NCBI GenBank assembly: GCA_030390025.1
Contig: CM059432.1
Coordinates: forward strand, 4,092,001 to 4,156,000
Direction of reading: 5' to 3'
From: Squalus acanthias
Lineage: Eukaryota
Length of the DNA: 64,000 bases
The position numbers and the translations under genes were made by a program. The notes under the pieces were generated by a model that saw only the letters and a program-made list of their open reading frames with translations, was not told the DNA's origin and did not search any database. Shown in pieces: positions 60,115-64,000 of this stretch (within the stretch, counting starts at the first letter, position 1; every line of letters begins with the position of its first letter).

Positions 60115-60958
60115 GGGCTGGATTTTCATTGACCCGTGGAGGCGGGTTTGGAGACGTGTGGGGGGTTTAAAGTTGCAGATTCGGGGGTCCCGAACCCATC
60201 CCGCCCCCAACCTGCTTCCATGCCAGTTTCGCTGGAGGCGGGTACCTGACCTGTGCTGGGACCCGCCTCCCCGAGGCGGGAAGGGGATTAGTGACAATTA
60301 ACTGCCTGTTAACAGGTAGTTAACAGGCAGGTTTTTGCCTATTTCCTATTTTGAAAGCTGAAATGTGGGCTTCCCGACAGGTCCCAACCACGCCAAGTTA
60401 ACGAGGCAGACCGTGGGTCTGCATGGGTTGGAGGGGTCGATATGTCCGGTGGGCAGGTGAGTGATGGGTGTATGTGTGCAGAGGTAAGTGTGTAAGGTAA
60501 GTGTAAAGTGTGGGAAAAAGTTTTACTTACTTTAACTTCCTCCTGCAGGTGTCAGCCCTTCAGGTCTCGGGAGTCAGAAATCTCACCGGCACAGAAAGCA
60601 CAATGGCCATTGACCTGTCAAAAACTGCAATTCTGTTTTCTGTGCTGGAATGATTTCTAACTCAGCCTGAGAGGAAGGACTCAAGTTAGAAGACAGATTG
60701 TCAGTGTTTGACAGCTTCACAGAGCTGTCAAACGCTGATATTTCATCTGTCAAAAGCTCTTGACAGATGAAATGTCAATCTGTGACGTCACCTGTTGCCG
60801 GATGGCCCTTGATTGGCCTGCTGAGCTCGCTGGGCGGGCTCAACAAGGTCAATCAAGGGAAAATACAGTGGGTTGGCCACAAGTCGATGGAGGCGGGACT
60901 ACAACCCAAAAAGTGGGAGTCCCGCCTCCATCACGTCCCCAGTATCAAAATCCAGCCC
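60115..60958 (-). mobile_element. Non-autonomous Harbinger-like element, family H1 copy 3
   Basis: TIR GGGCTGGATTTT / AAAATCCAGCCC; reverse complement of 6538-7382. Confidence 0.88.
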
Positions 60959-61521
60959 AGAGAGTTGCTTCCCAAAGTACATTGGCCCAGAAATCCGCCT
61001 CTCCGGCTTGCCGCGGGGGTAAGGATCGCGCGTGCACTTACCTACCGCGCCTGCCATTGTGTTTTGGGCCCACGGGAACTTCGGCTCCTGGGCCTGCTCC
61101 AAGTGCCGGCGCGCAGTGCATGCGTGTCCCAGGGGCGCAGTTAGTGCGATGCGTCCCCTGGGATAACGTGGGCCATGGAGAGCCAATGGCAGCAGACCAT
61201 CTTTCATTCATAGATTTGACAGGAAGAGCTGTCAAATCTATGAATTGAAATCGGCCCCAAAAGAACAGCTAATCTTAAAATAAATTTTTTTAAAAACCCA
61301 TCACATTTATAAAATAACTATAGTTAAATAAATTAACCACTTTAAACAAAAATTAAAATTTTGAAAAAATTAAAATACATTTTAAAAGTGATAAAAATAA
61401 ACTTACCTTTCTTTAAAGTATCTAAAAAAGATAAACCTGTTGAAATTTTTTTTAAATTATACTTAATTAACCACTTACCTTGTTGAAAACGGGTCCTGCG
61501 CCTCCTTTTTAATAGAGGTCA

Positions 61522-62738
61522 TGATGCGGAGATGCCGGCGTTGGACTGGGGTGGACAAAAATGAGAAGTCGCACAACACCAGGTTATAGTCCAACAGATT
61601 TATTTAATTTTACAAGCTTTCGGAGCTATTCGCTCCTTCGTCAGGTAAGTTAGCAGTGAGAGAATCTCCCAGAATTCACAATTTAAACACAGACAAAATC
61701 TATTCACATTTTTCCCTACAACAAAGAGCACAGCCAAGACAATGAGATGTGTCCCAGGGGGTCCAACGTGTCAAACCACCTGCTGGCTGCATATCCTGTC
61801 AATTTGTGTTCTTGTGTTAGTCTTTTTAAAAAAAAAACACCTGGGAAGACCGGCCATGATGTCAAGTCACGTTCTGTATCGTGACATGAACCCGATATCG
61901 CGATTGAGGCCATCCTCATGAGTGCGGAACTTGCTATCAGTTTCTGCTCTATGATTTTGCGCTGTCGTGTATCTCGAAGGCCGCCTTGGAGAACGCTTAC
62001 CCGCAGATCCGAGGCTGAATGCCCCTGGCTGCTGAAGTGTTCCCCGACTGGGAGGCAACCCTCCTGCCTGGCGATTGTTGCGCGGTGTCCGTTCATACGT
62101 TGTCTCAGTGTCTGCATGGTCTCGCCGATGTACCATGCTCTGGAGCATCCTTTACTGCAACGTATCAGGTAGACAACGTTGGCCGAGTCACATGAGTATG
62201 TACCGTGTACCTGGTGGGTAGTGTCCTCACGTGTAATGATGGTATCTGTGTCCATGATTTGGCATGTCTTGCAGAGGTTGCCGTGGCAGGGTTGTGTGGT
62301 GTCTTGGTTGCTGTTCTCCTGAAAGATGGGTAATCTGCTGCGAACGATGGTACTTTTGAGGTTAGGCGGCTGCTTGAAGGCGAGTAGTGGAGGCGTGGGG
62401 ATGGCCTTAGCAAGGTGTTCGTCGTCATCGATGACATGTTGAAGGCTGCGAAGAACATGGCGTAGTTCTTCCGCTCCAGGGAAGTACTGGACGACGTAGG
62501 GTACTCTGTTGGTTGTGTCCCGTGTTCGTCTTCTGAGGAGGTCTATGCGGTTTTTCGCTGTGGCCCGTCGGAACTGTCGATCGACGAGTCGAGCGTCATA
62601 TCCCGTTCTTACGAGGGCGTCTTTCAGTGTCCGTAGGTGTCCATCGCGTTCCTCCTCGTCTGAGCAGATCCTGTGTATTCGCAGGGCTTGTCCATAGGGG
62701 ATGGCTTCTTTAACATGGTTAGGGTGGAAGCTGGAGAA
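61522..62738 (-). mobile_element. Penelope-like retrotransposon (P1b): RT thumb, GIY-YIG endonuclease and 3' end
   Basis: Open frame SFHPNHVKEAIPYGQALRIHRICS..CKTC..NVVYLIRC..YIGET..LRQRMNGH..VGEHF; one frameshift near 61935. Confidence 0.95.
61610..61648 (-). ncRNA. Minimal type I hammerhead ribozyme motif
   Basis: TTAC-CTGACGA-A-GGAGC-GAATA-GCTCC-GAAA-G-CTT-GTAA. Confidence 0.85.
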
Positions 62739-62779
62739 CGGCCGAATTTTTGGCCCATTAGCTCTAAATCAGTATTGGT

Positions 62780-63800
62780 TAGATCCTACATGGAATTACA
62801 TATAATGTAAAGCACAGAAACAGGCCATTCAAGCCAACAGGTCCATGCCGATGTTTATGCTCCACACGAGCCTCCTCCCACCCTTCTTCATCTAGTGTCA
62901 GCTGTGACTCAGTGGGCAGCACTCTCACCTCTGAGTCAGAAGGTTGTGGGTTCAAGTCCCACTCCAGGGACTTGAGCACATAAAGCGAGGCTGACACTCC
63001 ATTGCAGTACTGAGGGAGTGCTGCACTGTCGGAGGTGCCGTCTTTCGGATGAGATGTTAAACCGAGGCCCCGTCTGCTCCCTCAGGTGGACGTAAAAGAT
63101 CTTATGGCATTATTTCGAAGAAGAGCAGGGGAGTTATGTCCTGGGGCCAATATTAATCCCTAAACCAACATAACAAAAACAGATTATCTGGTCATTATCA
63201 CATTGCTGTTTGTGGGAGCTTGCTGTGCGCAAATTGGCTGCCGTGTTTCCCTCATTACAACAGTGACTACACTTCAAAAAAATACTTCATTGGCTGTAAA
63301 GCGCTTTGAGACGAATGGTGGTCGTGAAAGGCGCTGTAGAAATGCAATTTTTTTTTAACCCCATCAACATAACCTCTATTCCTTTCTCCCCCCTGTGTTT
63401 GTCTAGCCTCCCCTTAAATGCATCTGTGCCATTCACCTCAACCACCCCCTGTGGTAGCGAGTTCCACATTCTCACCACTCTCTGGGTAAAGAAGTTTCTC
63501 CTGAATTCCCTATTGGATTTATTGGTGACTGTCTTATATTGATGGCCCCGAGGTTTTGGTCTCCTCGCAAGTGGAAACATCTCTCTACGTCTACCCCATC
63601 GAACCCCTTCATAATTTTAAAGACCTCTATCGGGTCACCCCTCAGCCTTCTCTTTTCTAGAGAAAAGAGCCCCAAAGCCCGTTCAGTCTTTCCTGATGGT
63701 TATAACCTCTCAGTTCTGGTATCATCCTTGTAAATCTTATTTGCCCCGTCCTCCGGTGCCTCTATATCCGTTTTTGTAATAAGGAGACCAGAACTGTGCA
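62780..63800 (-). mobile_element. CR1 3' fragment interrupted by a full DeuSINE (62895-63350, +)
   Basis: CR1 3' UTR ..CTTCTTCATCTA|ACCCCATCAAC.. flanks the SINE. Confidence 0.9.
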
Positions 63801-64000
63801 CATCTGTGAAATGAATAGGTGTTGATTACACTTTGATTTCCATTCATTGCCACAGATGCCTGTCTTTGTAGTGATGTTGCGCATTTACAGGTACGCTATG
63901 CACCCTCTTTACAGGGATGGTCGCGAATCTGTATTGATTGAAATAACAACAAATTAAGTGAAGCTGTGCTTTGTCTTTGAGTGCAGCTTTTACGCTAAAT

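Larger units (their letters stand above)
60984..62756. mobile_element. Harbinger-like non-autonomous element hosting a Penelope
   Basis: Ends GGCCCAGAAATC / AATTTTTGGCCC; 3-bp TSD ATT. Confidence 0.65.

Noticed and set aside
7457..62738. All five P1 Penelope insertions lie inside Harbinger or CR1 elements (possible targeting)
   Set aside because: Expected by chance in a window dominated by repeats; the TSDs share only AT-richness.

Overview
Repeat-saturated eukaryotic DNA, almost certainly from a cartilaginous fish (shark). The evidence is its DeuSINE (SacSINE1-like) elements, dense CR1 LINEs with octamer (TTCTATGA/TTCTATGT)n tails, L2, and two Penelope families. I cannot recognise an intact host gene; nearly every long ORF in the track is transposon debris or a repeat artefact. 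Main contents: one full-length but disabled CR1 (11.6-17.1 kb); a near-full-length, frameshifted Tx1/L1-clade LINE (26.7-33.0 kb, minus); two PIF/Harbinger transposase remnants and about nine non-autonomous Harbinger-like elements; three unrelated solo-LTR-like families, including a CpG-rich 1,659-bp solo LTR with a perfect 4-bp TSD; a 2.6-kb T-poor 11/13-bp minisatellite; and deep nesting of elements. The best structure-level signal is a set of minimal type I hammerhead ribozyme motifs in the Penelope 3' regions, with compensatory stem changes between subfamilies. Two of these sit in ~200-bp fold-back mini-insertions with 12-13-bp TSDs. A Harbinger MITE family also conserves convergent clusters of consensus splice donors and TGACAG palindromes. 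All calls were made by eye; edges without a TSD or TIR are approximate (+/- 10-30 bp).
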